A DNA stretch of 63,970 bases, filler included, from Reticulomyxa filosa (GCA_000512085.1; 20 parts of 20 records of this genome joined end to end with filler, not necessarily neighbours in it); one strand, 5' to 3'; shown: positions 48,175-62,169, counted from the whole stretch's first letter. The notes: a model not told the origin generated them from the sequence alone. Made by a program: numbers and translations.

Positions 48175-49857
48175 NNNNNNNNNNNNNNNNNNNNNNNNNN
48201 NNNNNNNNNNNNNNNNNNTTAATTAATTAANNNNNNNNNNNNNNNNNNNNNNNNNNNNNNNNNNNNNNNNNNNNCGTCCGACTTAATGGCTTTTTGCTGC
48301 AAAGTTTGACGAAAATCGCTATTTCAAAAAAAAACATGTTCAGCTCTACAAAGTATGAAAAAAGAGGATAGAGCGGACGTACACGGTAAGTCGGAAAGAA
48401 AAGGTTTGACGACGTTTTTTTATGTTTCGCAATAGCTGTCTATACATTGTTTCCTTTTTGACAAAAAACAATCTGCAGACGTTTGGCGATTTTTTTTCGA
48501 AAGGAAATACTTGATTTAAAAAAAAGTATTGACGCACGATCGACAGTACTTTTACTCTGTAAAAAAAAAGGGGGTTTTTTTTTTACCCCTTCCGCTAATT
48601 TGACGAGAAAAGAGAGATAAGATAGAATCACTATTTTTTTACTTCCAAAAAAGACAACATTCCTCACAGTATACGTTTTCAGTTTTCTTTTTTTTAAGTA
48701 AATGAAAAGGTGGAAAAAAACCTTGTGGAAGTTTTGAGATTCATTTTAAAAGAAATTACTGCTCACTTGTCAAATGAGGCTAATTTCTATGTTTGAGTGA
48801 AAAAAATTGGAGCCCAAGCCAAATATTTTAAATAAGAGATAAGTTTTTTTCTTTTCCAATGCACACAATGTCCGTCACTTAACTTCATACGTTGGGAAAT
48901 GATGAAAAGACGTAGGTAGTTTTGAGTTTTAATCAGTTATGTCAGTTGTGCTTGTGACGAACAAAGATGAAGTGTACAAGCGAAATGTGACTCACTAACG
49001 ATTGTGAGAAGTCTTTTACCCTTCTCCATTGCATCCATGTAAGGCCCCTTTAAAAAAAACACCCTGCTTGACAAGTACATTCATAACCACTTGCAGCTGT
49101 TACAGGAAAACTTCTAAAATTCTACATCGAAACTCAGAACATCCCTTTATCTCTTTTAATATTTTATTTGATTGTATATCCCATAACATAGTCGTACTAT
49201 GATCGGTCGACAATATGAGCATTTGACTATTAGATGAAAATAAATTTATTGAAACAATGCCAAATTAAAGAGATCAACAAACTAATGTTATTTATGATAA
49301 AAGTTATGCAAAAAAAAGAATGATATCGTTTTATAAAGTAACATTTCGGAATTGTCCCATATGTGATTTACATAAAAGTCTCAAAAATAAAATAATTTGT
49401 AAATGAAATAACCAATAATGGGAACAAGGGACTATTGTTGTTACAGCGAATATCAAATTAATTGATAAAAACATACAATTTATGCAATTACATAGTCGTT
49501 GATGATTTGAGCAGTTTTAATATTTCAAAGTCAGATATTCGAATTTTTACTCTTCAAGCTTAGCAAAACAATAACTAATTTAAAGACAATAAACAAATAT
49601 ACTCAGAGTTTATAAAGTTGTGTTAGATTATACTTTTTATTATTTAAATCAATGCCATGTACCTTTTTGGCAGGCTCTTTGTNNNNNNNNNNNNNNNNNN
49701 NNNNNNNNNNNNNNNNNNNNNNNNNNTTAATTAATTAANNNNNNNNNNNNNNNNNNNNNNNNNNNNNNNNNNNNNNNNNNNNAAAAAAAAAAAAAAATGC
49801 TAGGGCCTGCAATTACTGATATTAGGGGAAATTTCATGCCAACCCCAAATTGAGATC

Positions 49858-50200
49858 GTGTTGAAAAGTGCTGCGCTTGAAACGTTTGCGAATGGAAATA
49901 CAACAACGGACGAGGCGAACAAAAAAGGAGAAGAACATCATGACATGCTTAAAACCCTAAGTGACGTATATGTCGCAAGCAATGAGGCCATGCCCATCGA
50001 CTTGCCTGATGATAGCGACACTGATATAGAATTGCGACACAAACCGACCCTTCGTGTCATCTTGTCCAATCAGCCAATACCTGACGATCTCGATTTTGAT
50101 ACCCCAAATGTCTCCGACCATACGTCCATAGACAGGTATTTGGAAGTGAAGCCATCAACTGCTGACAAAACTAGTCACCAACGACACTCCACAGTTTTGA
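49858..50200 (+). CDS. Hypothetical eukaryotic protein exon (disordered, acidic)
   Basis: Higher-GC open stretch; the F-rich rest of the listed ORF is probably T-rich non-coding DNA. Confidence 0.4.
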
Positions 50201-50855
50201 TTGTGTTTTTTATATCTTTTTTTTTTTGTCTTTTAAAAGTACATTCTTTTTTTGTCGTGACGTATATGGATGCTTATAGCCTAAGTCTCCGTCCACTGCT
50301 AATGAAAAACATTGAACCACATCATACATACAACATTTGCACCACAAATTTCATTTGCTTGTTTTCATATCGTATTTGTTTTTACTTTCTTTTTTTTGAT
50401 TTTTTTACATTTTGTCTTTACTTGGTTTTTTTTTTACATTTTTTGTTTTTCTCCAGTTTTTTGTACTCTTCTATACCTTGTTTTTTATTTTTTTAATTTT
50501 CTTTTTAATTTTTGCTTGTTTTTTTTTGCGTGTTTCTTTTGTAGATGTTTCTTTTTTATACTACATTTGATGGGCTTTGGTGTCTTGTTGACTTTATTTG
50601 TAAATGTATGAGGATCCCTAACGATCTTCTTCTACTTTGTTTTGGAGATTGGACGTCAAGCCAAAGCTTGTATTGTTTCATGAAAAAGCATTGAAATAAA
50701 TAATGCTAAGTCAGCAAATATGTTGCGAAGTCATATAAATATAATTTTTTTCTAAGATGAAATATTTTTACAACTTTGATTCATTGTATTTACTTTTAAG
50801 GCACTTTTTGCTTACTTGTAAAGTTTTGTAGTCTTTTGACAAAACTTGGACAAGA

Positions 50856-52345
50856 ATGTTGACGTTTGTTACAATTGCCAAAGTAATTTTGTCGGTGATT
50901 ATCCTGAGTATCGTTGGAGTATTATCCTACAAAAGTGTAAGAATTTTGGAAGAGTTAAACTACGACGCTTTTTGGGTATCACTACCACCACTCGAGGCTA
51001 AGCAATTTGGGTGGATCGGCCAAGGATTATTTTTTATAATTATTGGAATATTCTTGCACTATTCATATTCACGTGTTTTAGAAAACCGTCAAATTGAAAA
51101 AGATGAGAAAGGAACATTGAATCGTGATGAAGAAAGAAGTATCACATATCCGAGTCAGTATCCTAATGGCTGGTATTTTTTGGTATACAGCAAGGATATA
51201 AAAAAAGGTCAAGTGAAGAATATTACTGCTCTGGGACAGCAACTGGTCGTATTCCGAGGTGAAAGTGGTACTGTGGGAGTATTAGACGCTTTTTGTCCTC
51301 ATTTAGGCGCTAATTTGGGTGTGGGAGGTACGCAAAAAAAAAGGGTCTTTTTAATATATCGATACGTATTAAGTGGACTACACGTGGCATACAAAAAAAA
51401 AAGGTAAGGTGTGTGGAGATTTGATTGAATGTCCATTCCATAAATGGAAATTTGCATTGAATGGAGTGTGCAAAGATATCCCTTATAGTGATAAGAATAT
51501 TCCAACAAACGCAAACGCTACAGCTTGGCCTTGCGCGGAATACCACGATATGGTATGCATATATTACCACAGTCAACGTAAACCTCCTTGCTATACCCTT
51601 CCAATTCAACCAGATATTGCCAATAATCAGTTGGTGTATCGAGGCTCAATGGATGCGGGAATTGTCCGTATGCATATCCAAGAATTCGCAGAAAATGCTG
51701 GTTTGCTTTTACCCTTTTTTTTTTACTTTTCTGATTTTTTTTTTGCTAGCTTTTTTGTTGTCGTACCTATGATACATATAGCGGATTGGATGCATTTCGA
51801 CCCAGTTCACGGACGTATGATGATACCATTTACACGATTCGAAATTCCAGTAATTTGGAGATGGCTTCAAATTCAACATATTCCCGGAACAGTATTGGGA
51901 AAAGAGCCTGATGCTTCGAAATATGGACCTACTGATCCTCATTTTATGTATTTCTTGGATGAGGCCCAACTTAAATGGAAAGGAAAAATTATTCCTAATA
52001 CAAAAGCAATGGCTGTAATTACTTTTTGTGGTCCTGCTGGCATTTGTTTTTTCCGTTTTAACATTCCAGAGATAGGAAATATTGTCTTGTTCCACACTCA
52101 TTTGCCGTCAGGAAACATGAAATTAAGGGTAAGATTTCATTGGTATGCCGACAGAAATATGCCACGAATTTTAGTGTGGTATGTCGTGGGGTTATGGATC
52201 TCCCAATGGTCCAATGATATTGATATTTGGGAAAATAAAGGTAATAAAATACTTTTTTACTTTTGTCATAATCTTTTTGAAATAATGTAAAGTTTTCTTA
52301 ATGTCTTGCACAGTCCATTTCAGACGCCCGTGTATCGTTGCTGGT
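50856..52345 (+). CDS. nvd: Rieske cholesterol 7-desaturase (Neverland/DAF-36 family), 3' partial
   Basis: N-terminal TM segments, YPNGWY, CPHLGANLG-CPFH Rieske motif (intron 51328-51403), ENAADWMHFDPVH after removing intron 51701-51781, DIDIWENK. Confidence 0.85.
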
Positions 52346-52445
52346 NNNNNNNNNNNNNNNNNNNNNNNNNNNNNNNNNNNNNNNNNNNNTTAATTAATTA
52401 ANNNNNNNNNNNNNNNNNNNNNNNNNNNNNNNNNNNNNNNNNNNN

Positions 52446-52480
<35 letters not shown>

Positions 52481-52489
52481 AAAAAAAGG

Positions 52490-54008
52490 TAATGCATTGG
52501 AGAAGAAGAAGAATTTGCTGATGAGTGATTCGATAAAATTTGCAATTGCGGATGTGATTGACAACCATTGCAAAAGCAAACGATATCAAATGAACCCATT
52601 GAAACATCGATACATTGAATTACATGATGGCATTTGGTTTCCACAGCTGAAATACTTTTCAAAGAAAGGTGATTTATTGCGCTGTTGGCAAATATTAGAA
52701 GGCATGTATATTGGTTCAACAAGAAATGGAAATACCAAAATCAGCGCTTTCGTGATACTCGTGATCCACTTGATATGCTCCAATTATCGTTTCGAATGCC
52801 TTCGTGGATTGAAACCGGTTTTCAACTGAAGTACTCTCATATTATCACTCCCTCCGTCAAAGGCAATCCAAACCAAAGCCAAACCAGAGTGCCACTTGCC
52901 GGTTATTTGGAACAAATCTTAACTGACTCGGAGACATATCAAGTCTTTGCTCAAAATCGGTCGTGGGTTTTAGGGACCTCTTTGCCAAACTTAAAAGAGT
53001 GGTATATGATATTTCGATGTCTTGCGAAAATGCAAAATTACAGTTTAAATTGAACAAAGAAAATGAAGAAGCGAGAAAGAGAGAGAAAGAAAGAAACGGA
53101 GCTCTTTTTGTTATATCATACATATATTTGTTTTATTCAGGTTATGGCTCTGTTTTTTTTTTTATCTAAAAAAAAAAAAAGGTACTGCTTTGAAGTTAAA
53201 AACAATGGAGTTCTGGTTTGAATGTATTGCTCGCTATCCGAAACAACAATTATTAAACATAAAATCTGTGAATCATCCTTATACTTATTTACTATTGCTT
53301 CGAATTTGTGAGGGCAATTTGCCTCATGCCATGGATGTGTACCATTCTTTTATTTCCACGCCATCCAATTGCTTCTTTCCGGATCAATTGTTTTCGTATA
53401 ATATGTTCATCCAGGCAATCAATACAGAATTGACCCCACATAGTTCCTCACTTTCAAATGATGCCAAGCCACGAATGTTCCATTACCTTCCCGAGGACAA
53501 GCAGATTCCGAGTGTGTTGTTTGTCAAAGATTGCTCTTTAAAAGAAATTTTGACTGATGCTACAGCTGATCTTGCAAAAACGAGCTATCGACCTTATGAT
53601 GGAAATTCACTTAATTCTCTTAAAACTCAGGCTGTGAAATACCATTGTCCTGATTCTCATTTTTTAAACACTTTGTTACATTGTGGTATCAAATATTTTC
53701 GACGTCGCATTCGAAGTTCTAATAATTGGTACAAAGCTCAAGCCGCACTTTTGAAAAAGACTGACTCATTAGACGAGCAGCAGCTTGCTCTTCGATTGCG
53801 ACAATTGAATGAGAAGAAAAATCACAAACTTAACATTCTTCTCCGACAAAAATATGCTTTTGTTCGTTGGATAATCTTCGAATTTGAAAGATTTAACCAA
53901 AAACCTTCTTTATTCACCAGACAGTTATTAAAAACTGCACGAGTTAATGCCACAAATTGGGCACCCCCACATTTTAGTCGCTCCATTGTTAAAACTATGT
54001 CAACATAG
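52490..54008 (+). CDS. Helical-repeat (PPR-like) protein, multi-exon, 5' partial
   Basis: AMDVYHSF..FPDQLFSYNMFIQA, CPDSHFLNTLLH, KPSLFTRQLL resemble degenerate PPR motifs. Confidence 0.45.
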
Positions 54009-54595
54009 ATTCTTAAAATCCAAACGCATTCTTCTTTTTATTGTTTTTAAATTACACTTGATGTCAATTATTCTGATAATTTTGTTTATGATAATTGATT
54101 TCCTTCATTGAACAAAACAAAAAATGCATTTTTCACTTACTATTAACATTCAAGTCGTAAATCGCTCTTTTTCAAAAATTTTGGGCAGGCATAAATATTT
54201 AAATCCAACTTTTCTTGTTCTAGTTAATTAGAAAAAAATTTCAATTAGTATCTCTGGTGGATTCTGAGCGCACAATATTCGAAAATTCTCTTCAATTGTC
54301 CTGCGTCTCACAGTCTCAAAACTACCAAGTCTATTCATATTTCTCTTGTATAATTTTTTAATGAAAACTGGTCATTCTCTGAAGATTTAACAAAGGTTTT
54401 TGAAAACAATTTAGTAAGTGAGTATACAGGTGCTGGCAAGATTTTGAACAAGCAAATTGCTTTTCATATCATTTTTTCTTTTTGTTTTTATTTTGGTCAA
54501 AACAGATAACCAAACACTCCGTTTTAAAAGAGCTCTAAAAAATATCCTGAAATTTCAAAATATGAAATTCATGTTTTACTTTTCATGCTAACAAT

Positions 54596-55629
54596 ATGAT
54601 AAGTAAAAATCGAAAAAAACGTTCTTCTACAAGCATCTCAAAAGCGAATAAGCGGCGGAGATTGTATAATGAACCGCAGAAACCTCTCGAATACGTGCTG
54701 TCAAGTAAGGAGGTCGTCTCTGCCATTCCGTCGGAAGAGCTCTACCAAGTGTCCGAAGTCGTCGAAGTTTGCCTCCGAATGAAACACTGTGGTTACATGG
54801 ACAAGTGAAAAGTATATTGCCAAAGGAAATGTATGAAGTGATTTACAGTAAAAATGGTTCGTAAATGCTTTTTCTAAACAAACAAATGAATAAGCAGAAA
54901 TGAATTAAAAATAAAATAAACAAATTTGAAAACAAAACAAAAATTTGCAGAAAAGCGTATGCAGGGTAAATTTAAATGGGAACAGTTGCGAAAGGTAACA
55001 GGTAAGAGAAGTACAGAAGATATGCAGAGCCTTGAAGGCGAGGGATTGGTGGACATCCTTTTGGATGGGGGAGAGTTGGAGAATAGTGTTAATCAAAAGT
55101 ATTCCGTCAAAGATATACTGTTGAGTATGTGCGAAGCATTTTGCGACGAGAAGAGCTCCTTGCTAAGTGAAGACTACGGCAGCTACCAAAGAAGCACTGA
55201 TGTGTACACTGCACGCATGGTCAGCATATACGTGTTAGAGTTTTTGTGTCAGGGCACGTATCGATGGAAGTTAGAATGTTTCCATTGTCTACCTCTCCGT
55301 TCACAACCAGTGACGATGTCACGAATGACTGTGCATCAACACTTAATTGAGTATGCTCGAGCATATACCACAGTCCATTGGAGCGAGGGAAAGCCTGCCA
55401 TCACTGTTTTTGTGATGAGTGCAATATGGAAATACATCCTCATGATTATAGCTTTCGTTGTGAACAAATGAAACATGACATATGCTTACTATGTCTTCGA
55501 AAAAAAGTTGAAGAACGCCAACAAATGATGATACTTTTATTATCCTACTTGGGTCATGTATTAACTCCTGACTGCATCTCAGAACTTTTGTGTTTTGTAA
55601 CCGGTCGGATTTTAAGGTTTAAAGAATAA
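54596..55629 (+). CDS. Hypothetical protein with basic N-terminus and C-terminal ZZ-like zinc finger
   Basis: CDEC..YSFRC..HDICLLC; one extra T at 55407-55411 joins the 54926 and 55378 ORFs. Confidence 0.55.
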
Positions 55630-56155
55630 CATACAAATCCCTATTTTCTTCTTCCAAATTTTGAATCCGTGGCAAAAAAGAGGGGATAAAGGTAAAGAAA
55701 CAACAAAAACAACCTCCCTGCTCGTGTGAGAAATGAGTCTAAAGCTAACTCCCACGAATTCTGAGCCCTTTTAATGATCCACACTCTCTTTGCTTATTTG
55801 TTGAGATTGGTGTGAGACATTGTTTCCGATTTTCCTTTTATTTATATCTGACTTGTTTCGTTATGTCAAACGCCACCGTTGTTTCTTTTTTAAGCACAGT
55901 TTCACGAAAACTTGGGCATTGGATGTTATACTTTTTTGTAAGTATTGAAGAGCAACAATATATAAACTTTTTTTTTGAACTGAGATAGCCCTGCGAGTTA
56001 TTATTGTCTCTCCACAAAAAAACACAAGGTTTTTCTGGGTATTTATGGAGACGACAAATCTCCATTTGTTTTGTATTTTTTTGGTATAGATATTTGAAAG
56101 ATTTTACTTGTTTCAACACTGCTCTGTTCTGAAGAAAGAAAACTGAAAGAAAAGT

Positions 56156-56506
56156 ATGGCCCAAGCTACACAGACGAAAGTAATTAATTTACAAGGTACA
56201 GAAGAGTTATTGCGTGAAGAAATAGCAAATGTGCTTGGAGATAGTCAATTTGATGCTCACAAAGTAGAGCAATGGTCTCAGCGCATCGCAACAAACGTGT
56301 TGAGAAAATTGGCTGATACCAACAAGGATCAAGATTTTCAGTATAAATATATTGTTCACGCACTTATCGTAGAGAAAATAGGAGCAGGATTGCACAGTAC
56401 TAGCAGTTGTTTGTGGGACAAGGGATCAGACTCTTCATCATCAACTCAATGGAGTAATGATCATATGTGTTGCGTGGCCAACTTGTGGGCGTTGAGATGC
56501 AATTGA
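56156..56506 (+). CDS. DYNLT1: Dynein light chain Tctex-1 family
   Basis: KVEQWS..I, YKYIV..I..K.GAGLHSTSSCLWD..SD. Confidence 0.93.
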   Translation: MAQATQTKVINLQGTEELLREEIANVLGDSQFDAHKVEQWSQRIATNVLRKLADTNKDQDFQYKYIVHALIVEKIGAGLHSTSSCLWDKGSDSSSSTQWSNDHMCCVANLWALRCN

Positions 56507-57318
56507 AAAGGACACGAAAAAACTTGTAAATTCAAAAATTATTGTCTTGCTGGTGCTGTTTTGTCAAATTGATAGCCCAGTGTTTGTTTTTTCATTTGGA
56601 TGTATTTTGTGGTCGGAGAAAAACACTTTTCAAATGCAATCCAATTTTTGAAACTTGGTTTTTTAGAAAAGGAAGACACTAAAATACTAACTCCTTTTTT
56701 TCTTGCAAAGCTAGTCTGAATCCGCAATCTTGAGCTTATATTTTGAGCTCTGTTACAAGTGTGTTGACATTATCCAACGCTTCACGGTTTGTGGATATGA
56801 ACCTAATAAACGAAGCACTTTAGTTGAAAAATTTGGAGAAAATAAACGAAATTTTCTTTCAAACAGAACCTAGTTTTTGGTATATAATTTTAGGAAACTT
56901 TGTGAAGAATGATTGCAAAAAAAGCTAAATTTATGGTAAATGTGGGAATCGAAAAATGGAAGAGATGGTTGTGCACTCACGGCAAATGAAAAAGTGGCTA
57001 AAATACCAGAATGTAAAAAACCAATAAAAGTTATTTTGGGACAAGTTTGCTTTTAAAAGTCACCCCTTTTTGTTTGAGCGAACACCAAAGTATTTCACTT
57101 TAATTTACATGACTCAAATACATTTTCTTACTGTGACATACAAAAACACAACATATCTGTGACACACCGACCTGCAAAATAGGACTTACAAAAAGTGAAA
57201 ATGAATGAAATAATCCATTATTGCATAATAGCAATCATTCGTTTCACAATTTTGTGTAGTTAATTAGTTTTTCAAAAAGAAAAATGATAGTGAAAACAAA
57301 AAATATGCTGGAATGTAA

Positions 57319-58080
57319 TTAATTTCCAATGGACAATTTATTATTCTTACGAAATCGCACAAGATACCCCAGGTACATTACTATGGCGAAAGCAAACTGC
57401 ATAAAGCGTTCTTTGCTTGCAAATATGAATGCTTCCTTAAGAGAAGCTCCCAGCAATGCGGAAGACAAGCCTTGGTAAAATCCCCTCCAGCCTTCCTCTT
57501 TGACAGTATCTACAATGATTCTTGACATGGATTGTGTGCGATGCATCTGACCAATACCATTGCCGTGAGTGGTAGTTAATGATTTAGAGTCTTTATTTTC
57601 AGGAGTTTTCTGGCGTTTTTGTTTGTTCACAGTAGCGGATTCATTGTCACTATCACTGTCACTGTCACTATCTAAAAGGGATTCACTTGCTGACTGCGGC
57701 TCAGCTACTTTCAATCCTTTGTTGGTCGGTTTGTTTACCTATTCAATTTAAAGACACGTCAAATTAAATATCATAAGTAAAAGAAACAAGTTAGCAAAAT
57801 TAAATAGCCTACAAAAAAAAAAACAAAAAACAAAAAACGACAGCAAAATACTCGGAACCTGCAAATTCATTTTAATGTATTGCAATGGAAAAGTAAGTAC
57901 AGTTGCAATTGCTTTAGCGGTTCCACCAGCCAAGAAATTCACCAAACTATTCTTGCTACCAAAGACAGGCCCTAACAAGTTTTGAATTCGAGGGTAAAAA
58001 AAGAACACCAACGCGGGGTTTGTTACTAACATTACATTCATTGCCATTCCACTATAGAATCCTATGCCATACGTGGGAGT
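57319..58080 (-). CDS. SLC25 carrier, peroxisomal adenine-nucleotide/PMP34-like, 5' partial
   Basis: LVTNPAL, GGTAKAIATVLTFPLQYIK, EEGWRGFYQGL, AFIFASKE. Confidence 0.8.
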
Positions 58081-58135
58081 CGACATTGTGCACACAATGA
58101 AATAAAAGAGGGCACATGCATACACACAAATACTG

Positions 58136-58173
<38 letters not shown>

Positions 58174-59891
58174 NNNNNNNNNNNNNNNNNNNNNNNNNNN
58201 NNNNNNNNNNNNNNNNNTTAATTAATTAANNNNNNNNNNNNNNNNNNNNNNNNNNNNNNNNNNNNNNNNNNNNGATATCGAATACCAATCGTCGAGCGAA
58301 ATCAAACCCAAGGAACATCCAAAGTTTGGAGTGGAAAAGCTGGAATGGAGTCCAAACAGTCATCTTTCTTGCTTTTGTGAATGATAGCATGGCCAAATAC
58401 GTTTGGATTTGGGACATGATGATGTTCATGTAGAGAATTTTTTTGCCGTTCATCAACATGGCCACACAAAACAATGGCATATCTAAGTCTGTTCATTTTT
58501 CTTTTATTAGCTTCTGTTGTTATTATTCGTCGTTTTCATTGGTATACCTTTTTCAATGCTTGTTAAATGATGTTTATGTCAAGAACGTTTTCTTGAGACG
58601 CTACAAAAAGAAAACTAGTTGTAGAAATACCAAAATTGTAAAAACATTCAATTAACAGCGTTTTTACTTTTATAAAAAAAAAGGTTCTAAAAAATAATCT
58701 AAAAAACTTTAAACAAACCTCCTAATCTTTTCAACAGTCGAGCAGAACTTAATGATGAGCAACCAGAAAGGGGAAGAAGAAAAAGATCTTCTTGCTGAAG
58801 CTTTAAGAGTGAAAGAAAAAGAAAACGACAAGACAAAAACAAAAAAAATCAGATGAATGAATTAAACAGTGAAAATAGAGATATTCATAGCTAATGTATA
58901 AAATCACTAAATCACTTGATATATTGATTCTGTCAATAAATGGATTGAAAGATGGAGATGGATCAACTCGTTTGGCGGGCATTTTATCATCTCCTTGTTG
59001 CGCAAATATCAACTCAATGTCTTCAACTCGTTCATCGCGGCCCAATTGCAACATTACGCTTACTCGTCAATTCAAATGACAGTTCGATAAGCATATTCAC
59101 AAAGATTGGTTTGTGCGGGTATGTTTTTTGGAGAAGTTTCATTTCTTGCTACTTTTCTACAAGTCAAAAGGAGGTCAATCAATTATTTTGTGATTGCTTT
59201 TCTCACCCAATCAAAAAAAAAAATAAAGTGTAAAACGATTGCAACGTACACAAAACTAAACAATATTAGGACGTTCAGCTGAGTGCAACAATGCAATTAA
59301 CCCGATGTTGAAAGTGGCATTGAAAATAAATATGAGGCGTTTTTATGCGATATGGATATACTGATTTTCAACCGTGGGAATCTTCAATTGTATAAATGGA
59401 ACAACCATATACAGATATTGGAATGATGGCACATGCATTGCGATGTCAAATTTGCAAACAAAAATTAATGTAAGAAATTGNNNNNNNNNNNNNNNNNNNN
59501 NNNNNNNNNNNNNNNNNNNNNNNNTTAATTAATTAANNNNNNNNNNNNNNNNNNNNNNNNNNNNNNNNNNNNNNNNNNNNACACTGTTGAATTGGCAAAA
59601 AGTCATTATCGGTGCATGATTACAAACGAACATGGCACATGTTCATGTGCAGAGGGTAATCCCGGAATTTTTTAAAAACAGTTGTTGGGCAATTACTAGA
59701 TTCATAAACAATCCCTAGAAAAAAAAAACTTAGTATGTAATCTCCTAAGCTTGCATCATTTCAGAAAATGTCATTGACAGTTGCAGTAATAATAATAAAA
59801 AAGAAACATTTTTTATCCACAATTATTGTTATATCTTATTTATTGGAGTGGAAAAAACCTACCGAGAATTTTTGTTATAATAAAAAAGCTT

Positions 59892-59958
59892 AGGCGACGT
59901 GGTTTTTTCTTGTTATTAGAGGGGACCATAATGTAGCGAAAATTTTTTACGAATTAAC
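59892..59958 (+). repeat. Dispersed ~65-bp non-coding repeat, copy 2
   Basis: Core TTAGAGGGGACCATAATGTA aligns with 8583-8647. Confidence 0.55.
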
Positions 59959-60909
59959 CAAGAGAACGTGTTGATTCAATAGACCTTTTTGTGAGTTCTA
60001 CACTTAACTATGTTATGTTTTTATAAATTAAAATTTATCAAAAATTAGGCCATAAAAAATTATTTAAAAAAATGATATAATATTTATAAACAACGATATG
60101 TAAATATATAAAAGAGGTTAACCTCAAATAAAGAAAAAAACTTTTTGTTCTTGTTTTTTCTTGAAACGAATGGAACAATTAAATACTGACGTTGCATATT
60201 GTGAACAAATTAGATACATTATTGAACGAGTACATCCTTCTCTCTATGCGGTATGGAAAGAAACATCCGAGGGAACTCTTCGAGCTCTAAATGCTGTAGG
60301 TGCTATTAAGGCATATAAAATATAGAAAGGATTTAAGATATAATATCATGCAGGCTCAAATAATATTCAAGCATGTAAAGAGCTGGAAGTCATTTATCAT
60401 CAACTCTATAATATTCATTATTTTGAATAACAGCAAAATCATATTTGATACCAAAATGATTTATAGTTGCATTACCACCAAACGCATTCAATAAACTAAT
60501 TTTTATATGTTTGATTAGGTATAAATTATTGCATTGATCTTATATTTATTGTACCATTTACATACAATATGTCGATCTGACTTTTTTGACATGTATATTT
60601 TGTACGTATAACATCACGATCTAATGATTCTTCTAGTATTTGGACTTTTAGGTCCTGTTGTATATCATTTATTATTCGTTTTTTGTTGTAAATGACTCTA
60701 TTTTACTTTATTCATAACAAAATATAAATTAACTGTTACACGTTCTGTTAATTTACCAGAACAAGTTTTAATGCATCTTTTGATTTTACATTTACCGTTG
60801 CAAACACAANNNNNNNNNNNNNNNNNNNNNNNNNNNNNNNNNNNNNNNNNNNNTTAATTAATTAANNNNNNNNNNNNNNNNNNNNNNNNNNNNNNNNNNN
60901 NNNNNNNNN

Positions 60910-61056
60910 GACCGCCTGCTCCATGTAGCCGTTCTCCTCCCACTTCGGGTCGAAGGACGGCGACTTGTTGGGGATGCGGATGTACTCGGTGAGGGACGGC
61001 AGGATCTGGTCGTCCCAGAAGCTGCCGATGAAGGTCTTGAGCTGGTCGGGGTTCAT
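60910..61056 (-). CDS. M20 family metallopeptidase N-terminus (GC-rich bacterium), partial
   Basis: WDDQILPSLTEYIRIPNKSPSFD..W..NGYM. Confidence 0.8.
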
Positions 61057-61147
61057 GGGGGTAGTGTAGCGCTATCGAAATGAACTGTAAGCAATCTGCG
61101 AGAATTGGCGTGCCTTCTAGGAAACAGCGCAGCGGGGATGTATGCGT

Positions 61148-61996
61148 CTAACGTAAAGGCCAAATCTTTCTGCTCTTTAGAAAAGAATCATCGAGCCGAT
61201 AAGTCTGAAAATACTCCCACGAACCAAAAAAGGCATCGACGTTGTGATGATAGGATGCTGCGCGCGAAAGTTCTGAAAAAATCTCGGACAGCCATCGCAC
61301 TTGGGTGAGTGCGTAGTATCGTCCACGATCTTGAACTATCTTTGTTTGTCCCGTTCGGATTGAGGCAGGCAAAATACTCTGCATGTGGCCTCCAGTCTCA
61401 TCAGTGTGAGATACCATTGAAATGGGGCCCAAGACTGCGTCAATTACTTTTGCGTGAAACTCGACTCTCTCTTGAACGGGTTTGCCGTAGTAGTGAAGAC
61501 GCAAAATCAATTCGGCGACTTCATCCCACCATTTGCGTATCGGGTCTTCATTTCCAAGGTTTGGATCTCCAAGACTAGCAAAGTTGGAATAGCGCCCTCT
61601 ACTTGCGTCCGCGAAGGCGTCGAGACATTCGACGATTTTCTTGCTGATCGGCGAAACCGGACGGGGGAACTCCAGCTTTAGCGAATGCTTTCGCGCAATT
61701 TCATCCGCGGCATTCTCTAGGGAAATTAGCTGGTGGCCAAACCCCTGAACCATTTTCTTGTTGGGCATTTTCCCACCACTAGAAATGGCATAGTCTGCTA
61801 CCAGAATTAATTTGGATAGCCGTTCTAGCCCGACAGATAATCCAAAGAAGGCTGTGTAGTACTCTCCAGTTCCATCGGCATAGTTCGCTCTGCCTAAAGC
61901 TGTTACACCTGAACCAATAAGATGTCGCGCTAGGGCAGCTTCTCGCCCAATTGCGTGCCATCCGGGATGATCCCAAGGATTAGTCCCCTTCGCCAT
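61148..61996 (-). CDS. Hypothetical protein with HEPN-like motifs (282 aa)
   Basis: AGGAG before ATG; GLERLSKL..FGHQL..GRY pattern. Confidence 0.7.
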   Translation of the reverse strand: MAKGTNPWDHPGWHAIGREAALARHLIGSGVTALGRANYADGTGEYYTAFFGLSVGLERLSKLILVADYAISSGGKMPNKKMVQGFGHQLISLENAADEIARKHSLKLEFPRPVSPISKKIVECLDAFADASRGRYSNFASLGDPNLGNEDPIRKWWDEVAELILRLHYYGKPVQERVEFHAKVIDAVLGPISMVSHTDETGGHMQSILPASIRTGQTKIVQDRGRYYALTQVRWLSEIFSELSRAASYHHNVDAFFGSWEYFQTYRLDDSFLKSRKIWPLR

Positions 61997-62169
61997 GTCT
62001 TGCTCCTATGTGGCCACCGGATCGAATTGCCCAGTACAAGGCGTTTCGACCGCTCATTTCAAGTAATTCGATGCTACTTAGGGTGGCGTTCTGGCAGACA
62101 CTCCACACTTTGCTCTGTTAAAGTCCAGATTCGCTAGTATGGGCATACCCTTTTAATATTGGAGACTTC

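Noticed and set aside
48559-48586. A9-G5-T10 hairpin as a terminator
   Set aside because: Homopolymer symmetry is common in this eukaryotic AT-rich DNA
58274-59100. Short ORFs as genes
   Set aside because: No recognisable motif or consistent exon chain
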